A stretch of 64,000 bases of DNA from an uncultured Chromatiales bacterium (GTDB lineage Bacteria > Bacteroidota > Ignavibacteria > SZUA-365). Positions 46,680 to 55,976 of the stretch are shown here, in pieces. The first letter of the stretch is position 1; every line of letters starts with the position of its first letter. A program made the position numbers and the translations under genes. The notes below the pieces were generated by a model. The model searched no databases. It was not told where the DNA came from and worked only from the letters and a program-made list of their open reading frames with translations. The stretch covers positions 1,989-65,988 of the forward strand of contig CAYJMN010000015.1 in NCBI GenBank assembly GCA_964371045.1. The letters are read 5' to 3'.

Positions 46680-46932
46680 CGTACGCGGATTTTCGCGGAT
46701 CAAGGCGGATTAGTGCGGATAAGAGTTTTTAAGGGTGGGTGCCGCTAACGCCATGCGTTCCGTGAGGCACCCTGTTTTGGGCTGCCCTGTCTTGTCGTCG
46801 CGTTTGTCTCCTGATGCGGTGCGGTCGATCCGTCAGATTCCTCGAAAATCGCCGCAAACCTGTGTCAAGCGCACCAATATAAAAAGCTCTTATCTGTGAA
46901 CATCCGCCTTGATCCGCGAAAATCTGCGTACG
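46680..46932. mobile_element. MITE-like element with about 51-bp imperfect terminal inverted repeats of 9-nt periodicity
   Basis: 46680-46730 against the reverse complement of 46881-46932 matches at 30 of the first 31 nt (cgtacgc[g/a]gattttcgcggatcaaggcggat). The core is non-coding, and an extra partial left copy lies at 46651-46670. Confidence 0.55.
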
Positions 46933-46950
46933 AATTCATTCGCGCTGTGT

Positions 46951-49233
46951 TTACCGCATAACGCTGAAAGGCCGTGAGATTTTCCTTCCTTCGGTTTCAA
47001 GTACCAGGAAGTACACCCCGGGATTCAGTGAGCGTGTATCGAATGTCTCGGTATGGAAACCCTGCGCGCGGCGTTCATTGGTCACGGTGGAAACGACTCT
47101 GCCCGCGGCATCCACGACAGTGATGCGGACATGCGATGATTTGCTCAGGGCAAATGGAATGTGGGCCGCCCCTGATGCGGGATTCGGATAACTTTGCAGC
47201 AGATCGAATTCGAGAATCGTACCCGCAAGATCATTCACCGCGACCGGATCGAGCGTACCTTCACCCTGCAGAGTGACGTACAGCGTACCGGCCGTACCAC
47301 TGAAGGTCAGTACGAGACGCGCCTCCCGGAACCCGACTGCGGACGGAGTGAACGTGACGGGAATCGGAATCTTTCCCATCGAGGAGATTGAAACGGGAAG
47401 CGTCAACAGCCCGATCCCGAAATCTCCGGCATGTGTACCTTCGATGGAGGCGGTCAGCAGTTGAACCGACGAAGGGAAACCATTCAGGATCTCGACATTC
47501 CGTTCCCTCTGTTTCGTGATCTGCACGATGCCGAACACCAGAGGCTCGACAAGGGCTTTCACCGCCTGTCGCGTTGCACGTACGACGATGGATTGTTGCG
47601 CGACCTTGGTGCAATTCGCGTTGGACACGGTGCAGCGTACGGTGTATATCCCCGTAGCCATATACCGATGCGAGGCTTGAGCCGTCGTCGCCGTGCCTCC
47701 GTCGCCGAAATTCCAGCTGAATCCGCTGGCGTCGGGTGAAATCGCGCTGCACGTCAGTGTCGGATCTTCGTCGAAATACAGGGTGTCCGCGGAAACTTGC
47801 AGTTGTACCGTCAGCTCGGGCACTACGAGGGTACTCATTTGCGCCCATCCGGCGCCAACGAAATTTTCGTTGAGCAGAGAAACGGTAAACGGTCCCTCCG
47901 CGGTTGGAGTGATCACCGCCTGCGTTCCGGAAGCGAACCACAGCGGATGCGTCGCATCGAAAGGTGGTCCCTGTGCGCGAACCGCTGTCGTGTCGCCACT
48001 GAACCAGTGCAGGAGTCCAGGCAACGTTCCGCTCGATTGCAGTGTCATGCTCGATCCCACGCATGCGGCGAGTTTGGGGAGAATGGCCGGCGTGGGAACA
48101 GGTGGAATGGACGTGATAATGGAGGTTTTGGGATCGCCGACGACGACCGCCATCCACGAAATCGTGGGATTCGCCATGTAATAACTTTCCGCGAGATTGT
48201 ATCCGCGCGTGTAGCGATCGAAAAGATAATTCACCCAGGTCAGCGCCACGGTGTACGGTTCGAACACGTACCCGCTGACGCCGATGCAGCCTTCGGCGAT
48301 CAGATCCGCGATGCGCGACTGACCCGCCTCCTGCCCGGGAATGAAATTGCGTGCCGACGTGGAAACATAGGTTTCGGCGAGTGAGCCGGGAGTCCAGGTG
48401 AACAGCGGCCGCGCGGATTGCGTGTAGTGGTGGTCGTAGTGATCGTTCGATCCCCAACTACCATAGCCGATTACATTGCGCTGATTTGTCACGAAAATCG
48501 AATCCCTGTTCAGCAGCACATTCCATCCGCGCGAGGTCATCAGGTTGCCCGCGAGTTCCAGATTGTTGTCATAAGGATCAAGTTGAATAGGTTTGGGATC
48601 GCGATCGAACACGAACAGCGCGCTGTCCTTATCCACTAATGTGAAAGGACCGCTTCGGTCGATAAGTGAGAAGACGTCTTCTTTGGTCAAGCCGATGAGC
48701 CGTGTCGTCAGGTACAGGTCGTACGTCGTTGGCGGATTGGAGAAAGGAACGATGTTTTTCCGACCGTATGGTTCGTCCCTCCTGAAATAGGCATGGACCC
48801 GAACGGTGGTCGGTGTGGGAAAAAGCGAATTCAGTCCGATATGCGTGGCGTAGCTCCCGAGAATCAGCATGATTTCCGCATCGAACGAAGCGTTTTCCCA
48901 TACATCCGCGGCGCTGACACGCAACGGCACGCCTTTCGTCGTCACGAAATAGTTGATGCTGTCCCTGAGTCCGGTCTGTATGAGATACGCCTCGATCTGC
49001 GCGCGGATTGGCGCGAACTCGGCTGTCGTGATCGTCTCCTTGGCGGGGGCGTCGATATGAATGATGTTGCGAATCGGTACATTACGCTTTGCCGCGAAAT
49101 ACGCGCCGATCGCCGTGGAATTGGTGTCGTTGTCGTTGATGATAAGGGCGACGTCGTTGTAGTTCACCGGCGCCTGGGCATAAGCCATCGCGGTCGCGCA
49201 AATGAGAGCGAGTAACATGGCGCAATATTTCAT
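46951..49233 (-). CDS. TIGR03790-like protein with PKD, ASH/choice-of-anchor D and T9SS CTD
   Basis: VALIINDND, YFAAKRNVP, INYFVTTKGVPLR, GYGSWGSND, GSLAETYVST, GYVFEPY; FSWNFGDGGT (PKD); QSYPNP...GVYFL (CTD). Confidence 0.8.
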   Translation of the reverse strand: MKYCAMLLALICATAMAYAQAPVNYNDVALIINDNDTNSTAIGAYFAAKRNVPIRNIIHIDAPAKETITTAEFAPIRAQIEAYLIQTGLRDSINYFVTTKGVPLRVSAADVWENASFDAEIMLILGSYATHIGLNSLFPTPTTVRVHAYFRRDEPYGRKNIVPFSNPPTTYDLYLTTRLIGLTKEDVFSLIDRSGPFTLVDKDSALFVFDRDPKPIQLDPYDNNLELAGNLMTSRGWNVLLNRDSIFVTNQRNVIGYGSWGSNDHYDHHYTQSARPLFTWTPGSLAETYVSTSARNFIPGQEAGQSRIADLIAEGCIGVSGYVFEPYTVALTWVNYLFDRYTRGYNLAESYYMANPTISWMAVVVGDPKTSIITSIPPVPTPAILPKLAACVGSSMTLQSSGTLPGLLHWFSGDTTAVRAQGPPFDATHPLWFASGTQAVITPTAEGPFTVSLLNENFVGAGWAQMSTLVVPELTVQLQVSADTLYFDEDPTLTCSAISPDASGFSWNFGDGGTATTAQASHRYMATGIYTVRCTVSNANCTKVAQQSIVVRATRQAVKALVEPLVFGIVQITKQRERNVEILNGFPSSVQLLTASIEGTHAGDFGIGLLTLPVSISSMGKIPIPVTFTPSAVGFREARLVLTFSGTAGTLYVTLQGEGTLDPVAVNDLAGTILEFDLLQSYPNPASGAAHIPFALSKSSHVRITVVDAAGRVVSTVTNERRAQGFHTETFDTRSLNPGVYFLVLETEGRKISRPFSVMR

Positions 49234-49393
49234 TGAGAATACTCCTTGTGGGTGGTCGGCGATGGACCCGGAATCATACTGATGGTTGTGGATGGAAAAC
49301 TCCGCAACATGTCACATGGAAATTACGAAGGAGCGCGGCCACGGACAAACGTTTTACCTGCCCGGATCATTAACATTCGATGAATATTTTTTT

Positions 49394-50650
49394 ATGATAC
49401 AACGACCTTCACATACATTCCCGCGCCGCGTTCTTCTCGCCGCACTGCTGCTGTTTCTGTTGCCGCAGCTCCGCCTCGGCGCGCAGCCGCATGACACCGG
49501 ACCCGATCCCTGCGGCCATCAGTTGATGAAATCCGGCGACGCGGCAAACCCGCTCGTCTGGAGCTACGGTCTGGACGCGCTTGTCTCCGACTTGCAGCAG
49601 TGGTCCATCAGTCCGTTCATGTCCATCGACGTTATCGGACGCAGCGTTCGCGGACTGCCGCTCTATCATGTCGTGCTCACCAATCCTGCTTCGTCGGTGA
49701 AAAAGAAGCGCATCTGGATTCACGCCCGCACGCATCCGATCGAATCGGAGTCATCCTGGGTCGCGCGTGCGATCGTCAATGAGCTTGTTTCCGGGTCGGC
49801 TCTGGCGACCTCGATACTCGATAATTGCATCGTCCATATCCTGCCAATGCTCAATCCCGACGGTGTGCAATTGCAATATCCGCGCGAAAACGCGAACCAC
49901 ATCGATATCGAAAGCAACTGGAGCGCGGCGCAGCCTGAAGCCGAGGTCGTGGCGCTCAGAAGGCATCTGGAGCTATTGATGCGGACCGCCTCTCCCATTG
50001 ATGTGGCGCTCAATCTTCACTCCGCGTTTCAGTGCCGCCGTTACTTCGTCTATCACGATCCGGCGGGTACTTCGGAATTGTTCTCCACCCTCGAGCGGCG
50101 GTTTATCGACATGGTGCGGGCGCGTTTCCCGGGAGGAATCGAACCCTACGACTACTTCGTCACCTGGACGGCCGGTACACCCGACCGTTATCCCGAGAGC
50201 TGGTTCTGGCTCAACCACGCCGAGCGCGTCATGGCGCTGACGTATGAGGACATGAATTGCGCCACATCCGGCGAATATGAGCGAACGGCCAGGGCTCTCC
50301 TCGGAGGCGCCATGGAGTACATAGGCTCCGTCACGCCTGTGCATGCGTCGGACGCCGCCGATCCTATCCACCTTCCGTCGGTGGCGGCCGTGTATCCTCA
50401 GCCCTTCTCCGCCGTTTCGCATGCACGCCTCCACGTGGCGGTACGCATGCCGGAATCCGGCGCCACTGTGCGCGTCGATGTGCTCGATGCGCTCGGACGC
50501 ATCGTCTCCCGTCTCTGGGATGGCCACATGTCCGGCAGCCATATTCTCCTCGTCGCCGCCGCTGATCTCGCCCCCGGTGTGCATTTCATACGCATGGACG
50601 CGGGCGGCACGCTCCACGTGAAGCCCTTCCAGGTACTCAGTAATGGATAA
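49394..50650 (+). CDS. M14 family zinc carboxypeptidase with T9SS CTD
   Basis: HARTHPIE (HxxE), MLNPDG, LNLHS, LTYE; VYPQPF...VLDALGR...GVHFIRM. Confidence 0.85.
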   Translation: MIQRPSHTFPRRVLLAALLLFLLPQLRLGAQPHDTGPDPCGHQLMKSGDAANPLVWSYGLDALVSDLQQWSISPFMSIDVIGRSVRGLPLYHVVLTNPASSVKKKRIWIHARTHPIESESSWVARAIVNELVSGSALATSILDNCIVHILPMLNPDGVQLQYPRENANHIDIESNWSAAQPEAEVVALRRHLELLMRTASPIDVALNLHSAFQCRRYFVYHDPAGTSELFSTLERRFIDMVRARFPGGIEPYDYFVTWTAGTPDRYPESWFWLNHAERVMALTYEDMNCATSGEYERTARALLGGAMEYIGSVTPVHASDAADPIHLPSVAAVYPQPFSAVSHARLHVAVRMPESGATVRVDVLDALGRIVSRLWDGHMSGSHILLVAAADLAPGVHFIRMDAGGTLHVKPFQVLSNG

Positions 50651-50813
50651 TTGATAATTGACAATTTAATGAACAATTGACAATTGAAATCGTCAATCGC
50701 AGATCCACAAATCGTCCCGCCTTCGCTTTCGCGTACCGACGCGTGTGCCATTTACCGTTAATGCTTCGGCGGGCGTTCCGCAATCGTCAATCCAAAATCG
50801 TCAATCCACAATC
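50647..50813. repeat. Heptamer tandem-repeat clusters between convergent genes
   Basis: ataattg x2, acaattt, acaattg x2, aaatcgt, caatcgc at 50647-50700; caatcgt-caatcca-aaatcgt-caatcca at 50781-50813. Confidence 0.75.
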
Positions 50814-50814
50814 T

Positions 50815-52938
50815 TCATTTCCGTACCACGAAACCAGTAGCGCCGACTTCTCCGTTCCTCTCGACGATGAGAAACAACACGCCGGCGGGCAGCGTGCGTG
50901 CGGCGAGGGGGAGGACAAGCGTTCCCTTGTCGATCCATCCTGTGAATACGCTGCCGTGCTCGCGTCCAAGCAGATCGCGAATCCTGACGTCGACCATGCC
51001 GGCTTCGGGCGCTTCGAGCGTGATCGTGCTGTGGTCCGTCACGGGATTGGGATGTACGCGAACGTCGAGAGGAGAGGTAAGACGCAATCCCTCCGGGTGA
51101 CGGCACGATGTATTGATGCACACGAGGCCGTCACGTCCAGCCACTGCGAGCGGGTATTCGCCGGGTACGCCTGCGTTGCCCTCGCCGCGCTCGAACACGA
51201 CATCCAGACAAACCTGTTGTGCGCCATCCGCGGTCAGTTCGAACACCGCCAGCGTCCCTGTGTCGCGCAATGGCGCGGCACTGCTCGCACGCCAGGCGAT
51301 GCGTCCGGGAATCGGCTCCGTCGCCGTCAGTGTCGCCGCGGCGGGAAGCGCGCTCCCGCGAAACACGACGCCGTCATAACGCAGCTCCGGTGTCGCGAAG
51401 GTGAACTCGCCTTCGACGACGTACAGCGCCGAAAACTCCGGCAGTGAGTCCAGAAACAGTTCCAGCGTGCCCTGGCGCCCGGGATTCAGCATGAGCGCGG
51501 GGCGCGTGAATCCCATCGCGATCGATTCCTGCACTCCCGCCGCACTGACAGGCAGGACGGGCGCCAGACCGCAGGGAGCGACGATGCGGAGGCTGTCCAG
51601 CAGTGGTCCGGCGGAACCCGGCCGTACGCTGATGCGCACCGCCACGCTGTCGCCGGGTGCGATGAAAAATGGACGCCCTGCGGGACCGCTGAGCGTGACG
51701 CCGGGAGACGAAAGGAGGAGATCGCTTACCTCGGCTTCGACCATGCCTGTGTTTTTTAAAAAGACCACGGTATCCCGTAACGATCCGACGGGCTGAGGCG
51801 GGAACGACAGGGCGGGTATGCTCCACGCCAGACGCTGCGTGAATGCGGAAACGCGCAACGTGTCGTATACCGTTTCGCCGCCGTCGGAATCGAGGCGCAG
51901 CACGGCCTGCCACACTCCCTCGCCGGGAAGCGAAAAACGCAGTGGAAGCCTGACGTTACCGCGCCAGGGCAGGACGGAAGGAACAGGGTTGCTGGGCAGT
52001 GTGATAATACCGGGAGTGGCTGAAGTCAGCGCAATCGCGGTAATGGTCAGGTCGCCGCCGAAATCATGTTCGTTGGTTACGGTAAGGAATGTGTCAATGG
52101 TGACGGGGTCGCAGATGCGAAGCGGACCGAACTCCGTGCGCATCCTTGATGGCATGGCCACACGGATCTCGTCGAGGGCATGCTCGTTGAATGCCGCTCC
52201 GCACGCTGCCGAAAATCCGAGGAAGCCGTCGAAGGGATCGAGTCCGGCGGGAGTGTGCGACAGCCGCTGTACGCCGTCGATCCATACGATGATCGTGCCC
52301 GCCCGGAGACGGATATGGAACGTATGCGTACGCCCGTCTTCAATTGTCGGTACCGCAAGCAGCTCCGAGATCAGGTGGTTGCTGCTCACGTCCTTGATAA
52401 CCGCGACGTGCTCGTGATTCGGATCTCCGAGTTCCGGGTTTTGATAGGTATCCAACTCGACGCCGTATCCCAGGCTGCCGTTGAAACCGAGCGTCCCGCC
52501 TCCGGTCTCCGGGTAGTCGTCCACGGGTCCGAAAATAAACACCATACCGTCGCCACCGCCGGAATTCGCGGGTGAATTCACGCCGAAAGAAGCGCGGAAC
52601 GATGCGTCGAAGGAGGCGATATGGAGCGGGCGCCGGAGCAGAATGCGGCCCGTCCGTGAAGGTTGCGCCGGAACCAGGATCATCCTGCCTGTCGCCGCGT
52701 CGTGCGAGGTCGCGCTGCCGGTGCGGTAGCGCGCGCTGAGGAAGTTCGAGAAATCGTCCTGCCACACATCCTGCCGCCAGGGCAGCGCCACCTGAGCCCT
52801 CAACGGGAGCGCAGCCGCGACGAGCGCGAAAACAAGAAAAAGAAATCGGATATCAAGAGAAAATCGCGTCGAGCACCTGATCGGTATCCGAGAGATTTTC
52901 GAAGATGTAATCCGGCTTCTCGACTGACAAACGTTCAT
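50815..52938 (-). CDS. L-type (legume) lectin domain protein with ASH Ig domains, a cohesin-like domain and T9SS CTD; start uncertain
   Basis: GGGDGMVF, YGVELDTYQN, DGRTHTFHI, FLGFSAACG (L-lectin); VFLKNTG; VHPNPVTD...DLLGRE. Confidence 0.8.
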   Translation of the reverse strand: MNVCQSRSRITSSKISRIPIRCSTRFSLDIRFLFLVFALVAAALPLRAQVALPWRQDVWQDDFSNFLSARYRTGSATSHDAATGRMILVPAQPSRTGRILLRRPLHIASFDASFRASFGVNSPANSGGGDGMVFIFGPVDDYPETGGGTLGFNGSLGYGVELDTYQNPELGDPNHEHVAVIKDVSSNHLISELLAVPTIEDGRTHTFHIRLRAGTIIVWIDGVQRLSHTPAGLDPFDGFLGFSAACGAAFNEHALDEIRVAMPSRMRTEFGPLRICDPVTIDTFLTVTNEHDFGGDLTITAIALTSATPGIITLPSNPVPSVLPWRGNVRLPLRFSLPGEGVWQAVLRLDSDGGETVYDTLRVSAFTQRLAWSIPALSFPPQPVGSLRDTVVFLKNTGMVEAEVSDLLLSSPGVTLSGPAGRPFFIAPGDSVAVRISVRPGSAGPLLDSLRIVAPCGLAPVLPVSAAGVQESIAMGFTRPALMLNPGRQGTLELFLDSLPEFSALYVVEGEFTFATPELRYDGVVFRGSALPAAATLTATEPIPGRIAWRASSAAPLRDTGTLAVFELTADGAQQVCLDVVFERGEGNAGVPGEYPLAVAGRDGLVCINTSCRHPEGLRLTSPLDVRVHPNPVTDHSTITLEAPEAGMVDVRIRDLLGREHGSVFTGWIDKGTLVLPLAARTLPAGVLFLIVERNGEVGATGFVVRK

Positions 52939-53554
52939 GGCTGTATCCTCCTGTCGCAACCGCTATCGTTCGCACATTCATGTGCCGTCCGCAATCGATG
53001 TCATGGGGAGTATCGCCGATGATGACGATCTCTTTCGCCCTGAATACGACGCCGAGCTTGTCGTATGCACGCTTTTTTGCGATTTCAGGCAGTTCGTGGC
53101 GGTGAAACGCATCGCTGCCGAAGGCGCCGAAGGAGAAATACCGCAGCAGATCAGGGGGAGCGAGCTTGATCCTGGCCCCGCGCAACATATTGCCGGTGAG
53201 CAGGGCGCTCGTCGACGCTTCCTCGGCTTCGAGTGCGGTCAAAAGCTCCCGCACGCCAGGCAGGACGGTGATGTTCTGTGCGTTCAAGCGGCTTTCGAGC
53301 AGCTCGAAAAAACGATCGAAGAGCTGATCCTTCAATCGATCGGTGTCCTGCTCCGAAACGCCAGCGATAGAGCATACTTCGCGATAGATCTGCTGATCGG
53401 TTTTGCCCGCGAAATCGTAGGAGAGCACTCCGACCGTGGCGCCGAAGAGTTCGGTGAATGCCTCACCAAAGGTACGCTTCGCGATTCCATCCGTGGAAAT
53501 CAGGGTGCCGTCGATATCGAAAAGTACTAGCCGTAAAAATTGCTGGTGAATCAT
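52853..53554 (-). CDS. HAD superfamily hydrolase (phosphoglycolate phosphatase-like)
   Basis: VLFDIDGTL, LLTGN, IIGDTPHDIDCG, AVATG. Confidence 0.92.
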   Translation of the reverse strand: MIHQQFLRLVLFDIDGTLISTDGIAKRTFGEAFTELFGATVGVLSYDFAGKTDQQIYREVCSIAGVSEQDTDRLKDQLFDRFFELLESRLNAQNITVLPGVRELLTALEAEEASTSALLTGNMLRGARIKLAPPDLLRYFSFGAFGSDAFHRHELPEIAKKRAYDKLGVVFRAKEIVIIGDTPHDIDCGRHMNVRTIAVATGGYSHERLSVEKPDYIFENLSDTDQVLDAIFS

Positions 53555-54354
53555 TTGTCCTCAGGTCGTGGCACTGCTCTTGAAAGTACGAAATCCATCA
53601 GTCGCGGAAAATGGGTCCCCACGAATGCGAACAATTTCCCTTCCATGGACACGACCACTTCGCGACGTCGATATTTCACGCAAGCGGCAATGGCGCGGGC
53701 GACGCGTTCCGGTGGGCTCACAGGTATCTGCCTGCGACGTTTCTGCGGAACGGAGTACGTCATGTTCTCGAAAAACGGGGTGTCGGTTCTGGCGGGACAG
53801 ACGACGCCGATATGCACGTCGTATGGACGGGCCTCCAGCCGCAGCGACTCCGCGTAGCCCTGGAGGGCGAATTTACTCGCACAGTATGCGGCGTTGAAGG
53901 GAATTGCTCGCTTGCCGATTGTCGACGAAATGAGAACGATGCTCCCGCCGCGGCGTTCGATCATGGCCGGCAGCACGGCGTGGACCGTGGCCAGCGCGCC
54001 GTCGATGTTCGTGCGCAGCAGCTTTGAAATATCCTCCCACCGGGACATCCACACCGGACCGTACTGTCCGATTCCGGCATTAACCACGGCGACTGTGGGA
54101 GGGCGGGCTTCGATAAAAGGGGTGAGAATCGAAATGTACTCCTGTCCGAGTGAGACGTCCGTCCGCACGATGCCGCAGTCCGCGCCGAAGTCGCGACGAA
54201 GTTCCGAGGCGAGATCCCGGAGCTTGTCGATGTTCCGGGCGACGAGCAGGCAATCATAGCCGTTCCGGGCGAATAATCTCGCGGTGGCGAGTCCGATACC
54301 CGATGTCGCCCCGGTGATGAGCACTGTTTCGCGATGCGATTCCGGCTTGAGCAT
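53551..54354 (-). CDS. Short-chain dehydrogenase/reductase
   Basis: LITGATSGIG, VNAGIG, ISSTIG, YCASK, VCPARTDT. Confidence 0.93.
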   Translation of the reverse strand: MLKPESHRETVLITGATSGIGLATARLFARNGYDCLLVARNIDKLRDLASELRRDFGADCGIVRTDVSLGQEYISILTPFIEARPPTVAVVNAGIGQYGPVWMSRWEDISKLLRTNIDGALATVHAVLPAMIERRGGSIVLISSTIGKRAIPFNAAYCASKFALQGYAESLRLEARPYDVHIGVVCPARTDTPFFENMTYSVPQKRRRQIPVSPPERVARAIAACVKYRRREVVVSMEGKLFAFVGTHFPRLMDFVLSRAVPRPEDK

Positions 54355-54515
54355 GGTATCTCGGTTATGGGGGAGGAGGTTCCGGGAACGGCGTGCGCGG
54401 CTGTTCTGCATTCGCGTTATTTGCGAATCAATGCTGAAATGTATAAAATTCCATGATTATGTCATTTCCTTGAAAGGAATCCTCCGGTATAACGGATCCA
54501 TATTGCTACAAGGCT

Positions 54516-55919
54516 ATGAGCGAAAATAAGGACATACTTATCGTCGATGACGAAGAAATGATGGGGCTCGTGCTTTCGGGCGTGTTCGAGGACTCTGGCT
54601 ACATCGTCAGAACCGCGACAACGGGCGAGGAAGCGCTGCGCATGCTGAGCGAACGACTGCCGAACGTCCTGTTGATGGACATCATCATGCCCGGACTCAG
54701 TGGACTTGATGTGCTCCGGCGCATCAAGAGCGTGGATGACGGTATCCCCGTCATTCTCATGACCGCGATGGCTGGCGTGGCAGGTGCTGTCGAGGCCATG
54801 CGGAGCGGAGCTTTCGACTACATCGCGAAACCCTTCCGCAACGAGGATCTCGTGAGGATCGTCGATCGCGCTGTGATGGAGAGGCGGGAAAGGAAGGCCG
54901 TCACCGAACACAACAGGGAACCGCAGGGCGACCGCGATCCGATTCTCTATGAAATGGGGACGAGCGAAGTGATCGTGGAACTCGCTTCCCGGACGCGTCG
55001 CGTCGCGAAGAGCAATTTCGATGTGCTCATCACCGGTGAAACGGGATCGGGCAAGGAACTCATCGCCCGTTCGATTCACTCCATGAGCAGCAGAACGGAC
55101 AAGCCCTTCATTCCTCTCGACTGTGGCGCGATCCCTGAATCCCTGCTCGAAAGCGAATTGTTTGGTCATGAGGAAGGCGCGTTCACCGATGCGCGATCGC
55201 AGAAGAAAGGCAAGTTCGAGATAGCGAACGGCGGAACCATTTTCCTCGATGAAGTGCCCAACATGTCATGGGCTTCGCAGGCGAAGCTGCTGCGCGCATT
55301 GCAGGACCGCATTATTTTCCGTGTCGGCGGTTCAAAACCAATCAGCATCGACGTGCGCGTCATTGCGGCAAGCAATACCGACCTCAATGCGATCATCGAA
55401 AGGAAGGAATTTCGCGCCGATTTGTTTTACCGTCTGCGTGAATTTTCCATTCACGTTCCGGCGCTGCGCGAACGCCGCGGCGACATTCCCTTTCTGATCG
55501 ACAAATTCATTCATCAGACGAATCTCGAACTCGAGAAAAATGTCACTGGCTGCACATCCGCAGCGCTCGATCTGCTACTGATGTACGAATGGCCGGGGAA
55601 CGTCCGCCAGCTCCGTTCCACCATTCGCAGCGCCGTGCTGCAAGCGACCGATGTTGTCGATATCGAGCATCTCGAGTTCATGGAAGTGCAGGGAAGTGTT
55701 GGCGCGTCCACGCATCTTGAAGGTCTGGACATGGGCAACGGCGCTCCGTTGAAGGATCACGTCAAGAAACACATCGCACAGATCGAGCGGCAGATTATCC
55801 ATGAGACGTTGAAGGCGACCCGATGGAACAAGGCGAAGGCAGCACGCATCCTTCAGATCGCATACAACACCTTGCTTTCCAAAATCACCGAATACGATCT
55901 TCAAAATCCAAACGGCTGA
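54516..55919 (+). CDS. Sigma-54-dependent response regulator (NtrC family)
   Basis: REC (IVDDE, LMDIIMP); AAA+ ITGETGSGKE, ESELFGHEEGAFTDA, FLDEV, RADLFYRL, WPGNVRQL; Fis-type HTH. Confidence 0.95.
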   Translation: MSENKDILIVDDEEMMGLVLSGVFEDSGYIVRTATTGEEALRMLSERLPNVLLMDIIMPGLSGLDVLRRIKSVDDGIPVILMTAMAGVAGAVEAMRSGAFDYIAKPFRNEDLVRIVDRAVMERRERKAVTEHNREPQGDRDPILYEMGTSEVIVELASRTRRVAKSNFDVLITGETGSGKELIARSIHSMSSRTDKPFIPLDCGAIPESLLESELFGHEEGAFTDARSQKKGKFEIANGGTIFLDEVPNMSWASQAKLLRALQDRIIFRVGGSKPISIDVRVIAASNTDLNAIIERKEFRADLFYRLREFSIHVPALRERRGDIPFLIDKFIHQTNLELEKNVTGCTSAALDLLLMYEWPGNVRQLRSTIRSAVLQATDVVDIEHLEFMEVQGSVGASTHLEGLDMGNGAPLKDHVKKHIAQIERQIIHETLKATRWNKAKAARILQIAYNTLLSKITEYDLQNPNG

Positions 55920-55976
55920 CCCCGCCTCTTCCGTTATAACGGCGGCGGCGCGATAACGACCACAACAGGATGTAGC

